A stretch of DNA of 49,568 bases from a virus (Duplodnaviria; Caudoviricetes): IMG/VR virus record IMGVR_UViG_3300030330_001337, positions 1 through 49,568 of that record. One strand, given 5' to 3'. A model generated the notes under the pieces. The model ran no database searches, was not told the origin of the DNA, and saw only the letters and a list, made by a program, of their open reading frames with translations. Made by a program: the position numbers and the translations under genes. Positions 27,701 through 36,467 of the stretch are shown here, in pieces (the stretch's first letter is position 1; each line of letters starts with the position of its first letter).

Positions 27701-30700
27701 GAAGTCAGCTAAACAAAATATTAAATAAAAATAAAGACTTAAAAGATAGGGTTGAAGCTAAGGAGAAAACATACAGAGATGCAGGGAAGTCTGAGGATGT
27801 AATATTTGAAGAAACTATTATAGAAGTTTTGTCTGCAATAGCAGGTGGAACTGAGGCTGTTAATACTGGAACTCTAGATCAAATTAGAGTTTTAATAAAC
27901 AATATTCTAAAAACAGCTGGTATATCTTACAGAATACAGAGCACTAATGATCTAATAAATTTTGCAAACAAATTTAAAGATGCTCAAGAAGGTAAGAATG
28001 TAAATCTTGAATCAGAGATTAACGCTGCTCAGTCTGAAAGAGCTAAAGCTGGTCAACGTGGTGCTGCGGATATAGATGCAAGTAAGGATAGAACTTCTTC
28101 TATGATATCGCCTGCTAAGATCCCTACAAATGAAGATGGGACTGTAACTGTAAAAATATTTAAAGAAGGTTATAGAAGGCTTGATGATGGATTTAGAAAA
28201 GCTATAGGAGCTTTCCCAGAGGATAGAACGTTTAATGATCAATGGCATTTTATAAACTGGTGGAGAAGAGTAGCGAAAAACAACAGCGACTATGTTTCTT
28301 TTTATACAAAAGATGACACTCCTATTGATGTTGAAAGAATAAACAGATACAGATCTAGCGAAAGAGAAAGTTTAGCTTTAACACCTGCAGAATCAGACAT
28401 TAAAGAGATAAACAGGATGGTTAGTGCCGCTCAATCTCAAGGCATTTTAGATCCTATTGTAGCAAAAAGAATAAGACAGAAGATAAGATCAAAATCTAAT
28501 AAGTTTAGGTACTTTAATGAAAGAGGGTTAACTGCTGAAAAAGAACAATATTCTAAAAATCAAAAACCTGTTGTAGCTGAATTTAAAACTTTTGTAGAAG
28601 GTATCATAGATAAAAATGCTAAAGACAGGAATATAGATTTTAACTTTAGAGGAGATGATGATGTTAGAAATTCAATATTATTGTCTAGAGAAATATTGAA
28701 TACAGATGCTAATAGCAGAATAAACTACGGAAAGGTTGGTGACTTATTAGGAAAAATTACAGGTATTAAACCTAAAACAAGAGTTCAGACTTATGATTTT
28801 TTAAGAGGTGAATTAGAAAAAAGGTTTACAAATACAAATGATGCTGTTGCCCACTATAGCAGTTTATTGGGTGGTATTATTGCAGACCCTCAATTAAGGT
28901 CTGACATGTTTGGTGAAGAGAATCCTATTGAGTTTTTTACCAATTACCAAAAAGAAGCTGAGTCTCTTATAGATAAGCTTTTGGCTGATGGTGATATTAC
29001 TGGAGACAGAGTGGATAACCTTGCTAAGCTTAATTACTTTATTGCTTTACTATCTGCTAAAAATCAATCTTCTACAAATATTAATGCTGCGGTAACATTA
29101 TTAAAAGACTCAGAGAAGTTTAAAATAAATGATCCTCTTGGTATATCAAAAGACTTTATAAGAAAAGTTAGAACTGGAAAGATAGAAGGTGTAAGCAATT
29201 TAGCTAGACATGCTATAGCTAGGGGTTTAGAAAAACTTATAGCTGTAGTTAATAATGATGTAGCTAGTATTGAAGGAATGCCTTCTACAATAGTTGACAA
29301 TTTAAAACAAGGTTCTTCATTCATAAAAGACGGAGCCGTTGACTGGATGGGATTAACAGAATTCTTATTGTCTCCTTATGAAGGTAGCAGAGTAAAAATA
29401 CAAGGGGATGTGGTTTCTCAGCAGATATTTGGTCCAAAGATTGGAGCTTGGCTTTTAAACATGAACCAAGGTTTATTCCCTCAAATGTCAGTAGATGGCA
29501 AAAGATTATCTGATGTAATTACTATTGATACACATGTTTTAAATACATCTGCTTTAGTATTGGGAGGCTATGTAGATGCTGGTGCTGCTGCTGGATATCA
29601 TGCGCAAAAAATAAATAGATTAAAGCAAGAATATGACGCTCCTCAAAACGAATTACTAACTGAAGTTCAGTTTGATAAAATTGAAAGAGCTAGAGCTGCC
29701 CTGTCGACTCCAGAAGAGGCTAGGAGTAAAAGACAAAATACGCTTATAAATGATGCTGGTAGAATTATAAGAGAACAAGTTCTATGGTGTCAAAAAACAA
29801 TAGAGTTTTTACAGGTCGAAGGAAGAGATAAAGAGGCTAGAAGAATAGAAAGGGCTTTGGATAATATTATAAATCCTGTTGTTTCTGAATCTATGCGTCT
29901 AAAGAGAGAGTCTAGAAAAGTAGTTGAATCTATTAGACAATCTCTTAACGATACATTTGGAACTGAACTCACAAACTCTCAAGTAGGTCAGCTTATGTTT
30001 GCTGATAGACAAGCGTTTAGCTTTAAATTATTTAATGATGACGGAACTGTTAACACTAACAGCTTAGATTATAAAACTTATGCTAACTCATTAAAGGGAT
30101 TGTCTAGCATTGATCAAAGACCATCAGCATCAAACGATAACATGTCAGCTTCATACATGATATCTCCTTTAGAGAAAATGCAAAAGGCAGATGAGTCTCC
30201 TTTGTATAGAGCAAGAACAGCTTCAGAAGTATTGCTGATGAAGAACGGAAGGCGAATCAATAATAGAGAAGTTAATGAAGCGCTAAGAAGTGATGCTGTT
30301 TCAAGAAGAATATTAGAAAAAAATAACTTTGTAAAAAACGATCAAAAGGTAGGTGTTAGACTAAATCTTAATGTTCTTAAAAACACTGGAGTTCCAGTTC
30401 AAACAGTTCATGATAAAACAGCGACAGGAGAAGCTCTTTTGTATGCTCCATCTGTTGTGCTTAAAAATGTTAAGTTAAATGTAAATCAAAACGCTAGAAA
30501 CAAAATAGTTACATTCCAAGAAAATAAGTTTCCAATGGCTAGTGTTGACGGAAGCTTTGTAACTACAAACCTAGACGAACAGAATTACAATGGAGTAAAA
30601 GCTTTCTTTAATCCATTTAAGCACAATGTTTTTGTAGATGCGTCTGGTAGACCAATCAAGTCTGCTAGCGAAGCAACTGTTGTGGGTAATAATGTTTACC

Positions 30701-33639
30701 TAAGAGGTGATATTGAGTACTACTCTTTTGACGATCCTATCTTAGATAAAGGAAGGGTAGAGTCTGCTGAGCAAAATGCTAAAAGAATAAAAAGAGGACC
30801 TAAGTATAACAAAGGACTCAAGAGGTTTGTTATGTGGTCAAAGAGTCAAGGTGTTGAGTTTGTAAATAACTTAGAAGCTGAAGCGGCATATGACAATATG
30901 CCAATAACTTCTTTAGTAGCTCTCAATGAAAGCGAAGTGGTTAATAACATGGAAGAGGCTCAAGACAGAGCTTCTATGATGTTGAAACTCAGAGCTACTG
31001 CTGGTAGAGGTGCAAGAACATATACTGCTGTTAGGGATCAGATTATAAATAATCCTTCTAACTATTTTACACCACAAAAGTTAGAAGAGATAAAAGATAA
31101 GCTTACAAACAAAAGCGATCAAGATCTTGTTGAAATGATGAGTGGTGAAGGCTTAAGTAATTTACAAAATAGGAATGATGACATAGGTGTTTTAGCTGTT
31201 TCTGAGCTTATAAACAGAGCTGTTGCAGCAGGAAACATGGATGCAATACCTGGTCTTATAAATCAAGCTTCTCAAATTGGTACTACTGTGGGTAGAATCA
31301 TGAGGCACTTAAGAGAGTTAAAATCATCTACACCAGTTTCTATCGTACAAACAATAGTGAAGGCCGTTGAGGCAAATGGCAATAGGCTATCTGCAGATCA
31401 AATGACTAGACTAGAGGGTATATCTGGAGAGTTATTTAGACTGCAGGCTGAGCATGAATCTCTAACTAAAAGAGCTATTGCTGGAGAAAACGTAGATGCT
31501 GAACTAAATGCTAAAACAAAAGAGCTAAAATTAGTAGAGAGAAGCCTTGATACTTTTGCAAACGCAGTTATTGAAAGAGGATGGGGGCAGATAGGAACTA
31601 TGCTTATACAGGGTAACTTGCTTACTCCAATGTCTCAAATAACAAACGTTGGTGCTAACCTTGTTAATGCTATAGGTAAAGTTGGTGTAGACATAATTGC
31701 TTTGCCTACAGAAAAACTAATTAATGCATTTGGAATAGAATCTCCTATGAAGAGAAACTACTCTATTAATGCTTACATGTATGGGATTAGAAAGTTTGGA
31801 ACTGGATTTGTAGAAGCTTTAGATTCTATTGTTACTGGTCAAGAGTCAGATGTTACTGAGTGGAGAATACATAGAGGATTTGCTCCGTTTAGATCTTTGA
31901 TGTCTGCTATGGGTAAAGGAGATTTACCTTTAGGTCCTGACGGTAAAGCATCATTAAGTCAAAGAATAAAACTTGGTGTTCAAGGTACGCTAGGTATACC
32001 TGCAGAGACTATGTTTAGGTTCTTATCTCTTGGTGATACTCCTTTTAGAAGGTATGTAGAAGGCATGGAGCTTTACAGGGCTGGATTGAATATGGGTCTA
32101 GAAGGTGATGCTCTCATTGACTTTATGAAGCATCCTAACAAAAAAGCTTTAGATGCTGCGCAAAGAGAGGGTAGAAAGCTTACATTCCAGGAGCAAACAA
32201 CGTTGTCAAATGTAGCTGAAAATGTAACTAAGACTTTTGAAGACATTATGGCTTCTGCATTGACATGGCTTCCAGGTGTAGACGGAAAAGCTTTTGCTAA
32301 GTTTATGATAAGATCTAACTTACCTTACCTAAGAACACCAGCTAACATATTGATGGAAACCTTAACATATGTGTCTCCTTATGTAGCTATACCTAGAATC
32401 ATGAAAAAGCTTCAAGAAGGAAATGCAAGGGAAGCTGCAGAAAACTTTGGTAAGCTTACACTAGGAACAATGGCTGCTCAAACTGCAACAATATTAGTAA
32501 AGGAAGGATTAATTTCAGGTAACATAGAGTGGGATGAAGATGAAGAAAAAAATATCGCATACGATCAGTTCCCTCCTAACAGTATTAATGTAAGCGGTCT
32601 TCAAAGATGGTTGAAAGGAGAAGATACTTCTCATCAAAGTGATGACTACTTTATATCTTATAATAAACTAGGAGTTTTAGGCGCTATTATTGGCGCTACA
32701 GCAAAGTCGTCTAATAAAGAAGATTTGAAGTCTAGAGATTACTCTGAAACTTCTTTTGCATTACATGCAGTTCAAGATGCATTTGGTGTAGGGGCTTTCT
32801 CTTCTATGTCATACATGATGGATCAAAGCTTTATGCAGGGAATGAATACATTGATAAATGTTATTTCTTCAGCAGATGCTAGCGACTTTGAAAGAAATTT
32901 TGAAAACTGGTCTAGAACTACATTCCAAGCTGTATCAGCAACAGCCCTACCTAATACTCTGTCAGCGTTATACAGAGGTAATAGAGAGTTTTTGCCTGAC
33001 ACACGAACAACAAAAGATGCTTCTTTAACAGATAGGATCTTACAGAGAATGAACTACACAATTAAGGAAAGAACTTTTGGTTTATCAGGTGTTCCTGTTA
33101 GAATAAACTGGAAGGGAGAGCCTATTAGGCAAACGCCAAGAGGAACCACAGGTATGGTTTACAATCTGTTTGATATTACAAAATCTAGACAAGGTGAAGA
33201 TGATCCAGTATCAAACGAAATATACAGGTTGTATGAACAAACATACCAACTTACTAAAGCTGTTGGTACTCCAGGGTATGCAGAAAAAAGAAAACTAAAT
33301 GTACCTAATGTAGGTTCTAAAGAAATAAGAATGTTAAACAGAATGGGATTAAATTATAGCTGGATGAATGATCAAGAATTCATGGCGGAAAGATTATATC
33401 TCAATACAGATCAAATGAACAGACTTATGGCTGCTTCTGGAAAAGAGAGATATGCAGAGCTTGAAATGCTAATGAGTACACCTAAGTATCAATCTATGAC
33501 TGATCAGCAAAAGATAGAAGCTTTAGATGAAATAAATGAAAATTATAATAGTGCAATAGAGATAAAGGGTGGCAAGTTTAAAAACCACACTCTCGTTTTA
33601 TTCGAAATTATGCAAGAAATATATCAAAATGAAAGATAA
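24706..33639 (+). CDS. Giant (2977 aa) internal virion/polyvalent protein
   Basis: G/A-rich hydrophobic segment, long coiled coil, degenerate zincin (QEEVMH), LS...N...A / GPK / TIDTH domain, amphipathic C-terminal region; position typical of a large ejection protein. Confidence 0.8.
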   Translation: MNDKAIEYILQQYELGKDSDKIYADLVFNPMFKLEKNVAKKLIEETLKKKDPGIEATFQERNPFVITPSVDIQSPSETFDSQLPEEKPEEGETDIPIISDLADFTEGIPVLGGLFDFAEDFSRAFSSGVTQGTAGVDALEAAFGKAEDDDLQEIVDAMIAQDQIGLSDEAIALQKQIDELYANGGSSFDAFLLRGSSFDNFSASLEILGNSLGLMLGATVDDYGKNTLGALGVGATTSAAIAAPVGAVAALNPAGAVTGSTAFGGTFLATLPKTTMGAFSGIIDAEATIMEIAREELMSANKEINVENLRAVFEDPEIRSRMQSKAAARGITIGLIDGLTMAGTGKAVSGLAKAGVSTSKRFAVATTGEMLGGSVGEATAQLVTEGELNWDEVLMEGVAEGPMSLVTYAATKQSQYRLNGQLVSLEEFNNYLNSGERLQSFEVTGDAEVKDRANKIKKAQKTSVDEVEQMLQEEAAKRGIKLFGPSLTRAVGHAFKKVQDAKNSNNKTDINKAISSAVDFVQQRNKKDIYDLNASEESSGSRGRTMGSSKYDSQGSAADKLLKRAAQIREEAKQKNPSERKSLLQVAESLEVQAEEIISERSEVYRILSVINPQLADKIQQLDLQARNIEDRLKKADISPELRESLEQTLKDVVGERVELEASIDISSEVDANEVTADYSQEIQTRNDNIESEISDLQGTIETLQEELSTENADPDALDAANARMEDLLEERAELQDALSEYNAAKENLSNLSEDLGREGSVDSINAIDKANERLAEAKQAIADILGIDTTTIEEVQADLNETAEAVEGTTEAETTETETTSEKINEADQSNIDTSDIEEENTKTEVIGKVPDEFGGGDIKRTSTTTVPEAAQKTPRSKNNNPAWREGMADGQITASQARALNNLQKLLDKLGIEIYIYSTPEAAAKYKDGDWGGLYSGGAVHINLSQINESQKLESESGFRRTKSFEETLQEEVMHGIIGPIFSGAFKNNPKATVKYRSQLNKILNKNKDLKDRVEAKEKTYRDAGKSEDVIFEETIIEVLSAIAGGTEAVNTGTLDQIRVLINNILKTAGISYRIQSTNDLINFANKFKDAQEGKNVNLESEINAAQSERAKAGQRGAADIDASKDRTSSMISPAKIPTNEDGTVTVKIFKEGYRRLDDGFRKAIGAFPEDRTFNDQWHFINWWRRVAKNNSDYVSFYTKDDTPIDVERINRYRSSERESLALTPAESDIKEINRMVSAAQSQGILDPIVAKRIRQKIRSKSNKFRYFNERGLTAEKEQYSKNQKPVVAEFKTFVEGIIDKNAKDRNIDFNFRGDDDVRNSILLSREILNTDANSRINYGKVGDLLGKITGIKPKTRVQTYDFLRGELEKRFTNTNDAVAHYSSLLGGIIADPQLRSDMFGEENPIEFFTNYQKEAESLIDKLLADGDITGDRVDNLAKLNYFIALLSAKNQSSTNINAAVTLLKDSEKFKINDPLGISKDFIRKVRTGKIEGVSNLARHAIARGLEKLIAVVNNDVASIEGMPSTIVDNLKQGSSFIKDGAVDWMGLTEFLLSPYEGSRVKIQGDVVSQQIFGPKIGAWLLNMNQGLFPQMSVDGKRLSDVITIDTHVLNTSALVLGGYVDAGAAAGYHAQKINRLKQEYDAPQNELLTEVQFDKIERARAALSTPEEARSKRQNTLINDAGRIIREQVLWCQKTIEFLQVEGRDKEARRIERALDNIINPVVSESMRLKRESRKVVESIRQSLNDTFGTELTNSQVGQLMFADRQAFSFKLFNDDGTVNTNSLDYKTYANSLKGLSSIDQRPSASNDNMSASYMISPLEKMQKADESPLYRARTASEVLLMKNGRRINNREVNEALRSDAVSRRILEKNNFVKNDQKVGVRLNLNVLKNTGVPVQTVHDKTATGEALLYAPSVVLKNVKLNVNQNARNKIVTFQENKFPMASVDGSFVTTNLDEQNYNGVKAFFNPFKHNVFVDASGRPIKSASEATVVGNNVYLRGDIEYYSFDDPILDKGRVESAEQNAKRIKRGPKYNKGLKRFVMWSKSQGVEFVNNLEAEAAYDNMPITSLVALNESEVVNNMEEAQDRASMMLKLRATAGRGARTYTAVRDQIINNPSNYFTPQKLEEIKDKLTNKSDQDLVEMMSGEGLSNLQNRNDDIGVLAVSELINRAVAAGNMDAIPGLINQASQIGTTVGRIMRHLRELKSSTPVSIVQTIVKAVEANGNRLSADQMTRLEGISGELFRLQAEHESLTKRAIAGENVDAELNAKTKELKLVERSLDTFANAVIERGWGQIGTMLIQGNLLTPMSQITNVGANLVNAIGKVGVDIIALPTEKLINAFGIESPMKRNYSINAYMYGIRKFGTGFVEALDSIVTGQESDVTEWRIHRGFAPFRSLMSAMGKGDLPLGPDGKASLSQRIKLGVQGTLGIPAETMFRFLSLGDTPFRRYVEGMELYRAGLNMGLEGDALIDFMKHPNKKALDAAQREGRKLTFQEQTTLSNVAENVTKTFEDIMASALTWLPGVDGKAFAKFMIRSNLPYLRTPANILMETLTYVSPYVAIPRIMKKLQEGNAREAAENFGKLTLGTMAAQTATILVKEGLISGNIEWDEDEEKNIAYDQFPPNSINVSGLQRWLKGEDTSHQSDDYFISYNKLGVLGAIIGATAKSSNKEDLKSRDYSETSFALHAVQDAFGVGAFSSMSYMMDQSFMQGMNTLINVISSADASDFERNFENWSRTTFQAVSATALPNTLSALYRGNREFLPDTRTTKDASLTDRILQRMNYTIKERTFGLSGVPVRINWKGEPIRQTPRGTTGMVYNLFDITKSRQGEDDPVSNEIYRLYEQTYQLTKAVGTPGYAEKRKLNVPNVGSKEIRMLNRMGLNYSWMNDQEFMAERLYLNTDQMNRLMAASGKERYAELEMLMSTPKYQSMTDQQKIEALDEINENYNSAIEIKGGKFKNHTLVLFEIMQEIYQNER

Positions 33640-34063
33640 AAAAATAAAAGACACAAAGCTAGGTAGCTGGCTAAAAAGCAAAGCTCCTAAAGTATTAGAT
33701 GTAGTTGGAGATCTACTACCAGATAGCGGTGGTTTAGGTGTAGTTAAGAATTTAATTGCAAACGATCCTGACGTAGATACAGATGACGGAATGGCTGCTG
33801 TTGATGCAGAGATTAAGTTTCAAGAAAACGTCACAGAGCGCTGGAAAGCAGACATGGGCAGTGACGTTAAATTAGCTAAGCTTATACGTCCTATAACTCT
33901 TATTTCTTTGATGGGAATGTTTATGGTTACTATGATGATTGACAGCATGGACAACGTTGCTTTTAATGTAAAAGACTCTTATGTATCTTTGCTTGAATTA
34001 TTAATGCTCACAGCGTTTGGTGCATACTTCGCTGGTAGAACTATAGAAAAGAGATCTAAATAA
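33629..34063 (+). CDS. Putative holin (3TM/GTA-holin-like)
   Basis: VTERWKADMGSD..LAKLIRP followed by two hydrophobic helices and GAYFAGRTIEK. Confidence 0.7.
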   Translation: MKDKKIKDTKLGSWLKSKAPKVLDVVGDLLPDSGGLGVVKNLIANDPDVDTDDGMAAVDAEIKFQENVTERWKADMGSDVKLAKLIRPITLISLMGMFMVTMMIDSMDNVAFNVKDSYVSLLELLMLTAFGAYFAGRTIEKRSK

Positions 34064-36282
34064 TGTTCCGTAAACTACTGATTATTATAGCTTTAATTGC
34101 ATTTGCTTCAAGCAATGCTTTAGCGCAGGGTAGTTGGTTGGATGTTCAGGTTCAAACAGACGAATATGCTGGAGAAACATCTTGGGAGATACTTAACGAA
34201 GACTCTGAGGTTGTTGCAGTAAGCCCTCCGTACCAAAATAATACTCTTCAAAACCACATGGTATTTCTACCGTCTGGTGATTACGAGTTCGTAATAATGG
34301 ACGCTTTTGGAGACGGCATATGTTGTCAGTTTGGAGAGGGTTGGTACAGGATAAGCAATAACTGCGGTCTGGATACGGCTAACTATGAGTTTGCTACAGC
34401 TACAGACACTATACCATTTACGCTTAACCCATGTATACCGCCTCTACCTGGATGTACTAATCCTGTGGCAAACAATTACAACCCTTGGGCTAATATTGAC
34501 AACGGAAGCTGCAATGTATTTGAGTGCGACTCTACAGAAACATTAGTGTCCATGGATCTTACGTTAGATACGTGGCCTGGAGAGACTGGATTTACATTAG
34601 TTGATTTAGCAACTGGTCAGTTTTATGATCAGGTAATACCTGGTGAGTTTGACTTTGGCGATCAGTTAGTTACGTACACATATAACTTTTGCGTTAGTCT
34701 AGGGTTCGAGTTAATACTAGTGGATGAGTTTGGTGATGGATTGAACGGGTATGCTTCAGGCGGTCAGGACGGGGCTTGTGTTATCACAGCATGCGACAGC
34801 GTGTTGTGGGAGTTAGAAGATCTTGCATTTACTACGTTTGATGATGGAAACACAATGTATTCTGGACCTATATTCCCAGATCTATGCCCTCCAGATCCTG
34901 ATGTTTATGGATGTATGGATGATGATTACGTAGATTATAATCCAGAGGCAACAGTTCAAGACACTTGTGAGACGCTACACACTTGGGGGTGTACAAATCC
35001 AGAAGCGTTAAACTACGACAGCACTGCAACCATAGCAGATCTATCAAGCCCATGTACTATACGTATAGTGTTGGAGGACGATGCAGGAGACGGATGGGGT
35101 AACTCTAAAATAGGAATGGTTCATGGTGATCAACAATGGTTGTTTACTGTAGGTCCTGGACAGTTTTCTCAGTCTTGGGATATAGTTTTAGACTCTGATG
35201 AAGAGGCCGATATATATTACTTCCAGGCTGGCAATCAACAGCAGTCATCTCAGGAACTTGCCTTTCAAACTTTACACAACTCTGTGTATGTTCTTAATGA
35301 AGCTGGAGATACTCTGATGTCTGAAGGTAGCAATCCATTTATAAATAATGGTCAAGGAGCTCTGCAGCCGTTTACAGGTCCAAACTGGACTGTGTATCAT
35401 TTTACTCCATACTGCGGAGACAGCTGCATACCTTATATATATGGGTGTACCGATGAGACTGCTTGTAACTACAACTCTGAAGCTAACACAAATTCTGAAT
35501 GCAACTATCCAGTTCAGTATTACGATTGCGATAACGCTTGCGTAAATGATAATGATAGTGATGGGGTGTGTGACGAGCTTGAAGTTGTAGGGTGTCAAGA
35601 TCCTACTGCGTTTAACTACAATGCACTAGCTACAGATGCAGGCGACTGCGTGCCAGTTATTTTTGGATGCACTGACCCTACGCAGTTTAATTACAATCCA
35701 GAGGCTAATACAGAAAACGGAGGTTGTATACCTTATGTATACGGATGTATGGACCCTTACGCATTTAATTACAACCCTGATGCTAATACAGAGTTAGAAG
35801 ATTCTTGTATCGAAGTGTTAGAAGACTGCATGGATCCAGATGCATTTAACTATAACGACTTAGCTAACACACCTAACGAAGAGGTTTGTTTATATGATGC
35901 AGGATGCATTACTGGTCCTGGAGAACCTTACTGGTTAAACGATGGGTGTTATGCATGGATTATAGATATAGATCCGTACTGCTGTGACGTTGCATGGGAC
36001 GAGACATGTGTGGATTTATACTCATATTGCGAACAGGGTTGGCCGCAAGGTGTTGTGGAAAATATTAGGGATATATCTGTATATCCTAGTCCTGCTCAAG
36101 ATGTCTTGAATATCAACGCTCCTTCTAAAGCGATTACAAGCGTATATAACGCACTTGGAGAAATTATAGTGTTAGACACTACAGAGAAAATTATAGACCT
36201 TTCACAGCTCTCTAATGGAGTTTACAAGGTTGTAATAAAATATAATGGAATAACTATCAACAAAAAAATTATTAAACTATGA
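34063..36282 (+). CDS. T9SS type-A sorting domain protein with signal peptide and Cys/Asp-rich repeats
   Basis: MFRKLLIIIALIAFASSNALA-Q signal peptide; three DxxGDG domains; eight GCxDxxAxNYNxxAxx..C repeats; CTD VYPSPAQDVLNI...IDLSQLSNGVY.V.I......KKIIKL. Confidence 0.9.
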   Translation: MFRKLLIIIALIAFASSNALAQGSWLDVQVQTDEYAGETSWEILNEDSEVVAVSPPYQNNTLQNHMVFLPSGDYEFVIMDAFGDGICCQFGEGWYRISNNCGLDTANYEFATATDTIPFTLNPCIPPLPGCTNPVANNYNPWANIDNGSCNVFECDSTETLVSMDLTLDTWPGETGFTLVDLATGQFYDQVIPGEFDFGDQLVTYTYNFCVSLGFELILVDEFGDGLNGYASGGQDGACVITACDSVLWELEDLAFTTFDDGNTMYSGPIFPDLCPPDPDVYGCMDDDYVDYNPEATVQDTCETLHTWGCTNPEALNYDSTATIADLSSPCTIRIVLEDDAGDGWGNSKIGMVHGDQQWLFTVGPGQFSQSWDIVLDSDEEADIYYFQAGNQQQSSQELAFQTLHNSVYVLNEAGDTLMSEGSNPFINNGQGALQPFTGPNWTVYHFTPYCGDSCIPYIYGCTDETACNYNSEANTNSECNYPVQYYDCDNACVNDNDSDGVCDELEVVGCQDPTAFNYNALATDAGDCVPVIFGCTDPTQFNYNPEANTENGGCIPYVYGCMDPYAFNYNPDANTELEDSCIEVLEDCMDPDAFNYNDLANTPNEEVCLYDAGCITGPGEPYWLNDGCYAWIIDIDPYCCDVAWDETCVDLYSYCEQGWPQGVVENIRDISVYPSPAQDVLNINAPSKAITSVYNALGEIIVLDTTEKIIDLSQLSNGVYKVVIKYNGITINKKIIKL

Positions 36283-36467
36283 AAGTAAACTGGATTAACA
36301 GCTGGAACTCTTATAACAAGAAGGAGAAGTATGAGCTAAACTTTAGACTAGGCACAGTCGATGTGCTTCAGATTCATGTATGCCCTTGTCCTGCGTGCAA
36401 TAAGAAAAAGAAGAAGCCTTGTCCAAGGTTTAGATTCATGATACTTAACTTCGGATTCGAATTCTAA
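36279..36467 (+). CDS. Small protein with CPCPAC..C cluster
   Basis: ATGA and TAATG coupling to both neighbours. Confidence 0.7.
   Translation: MKVNWINSWNSYNKKEKYELNFRLGTVDVLQIHVCPCPACNKKKKKPCPRFRFMILNFGFEF

Noticed and set aside
24706-33639. Virion RNA polymerase as in Crassvirales or N4
   Set aside because: No DxDxD catalytic motif or recognisable RNAP motifs seen by eye, and late genes carry host-type promoters; an HMM search is needed to exclude it fully
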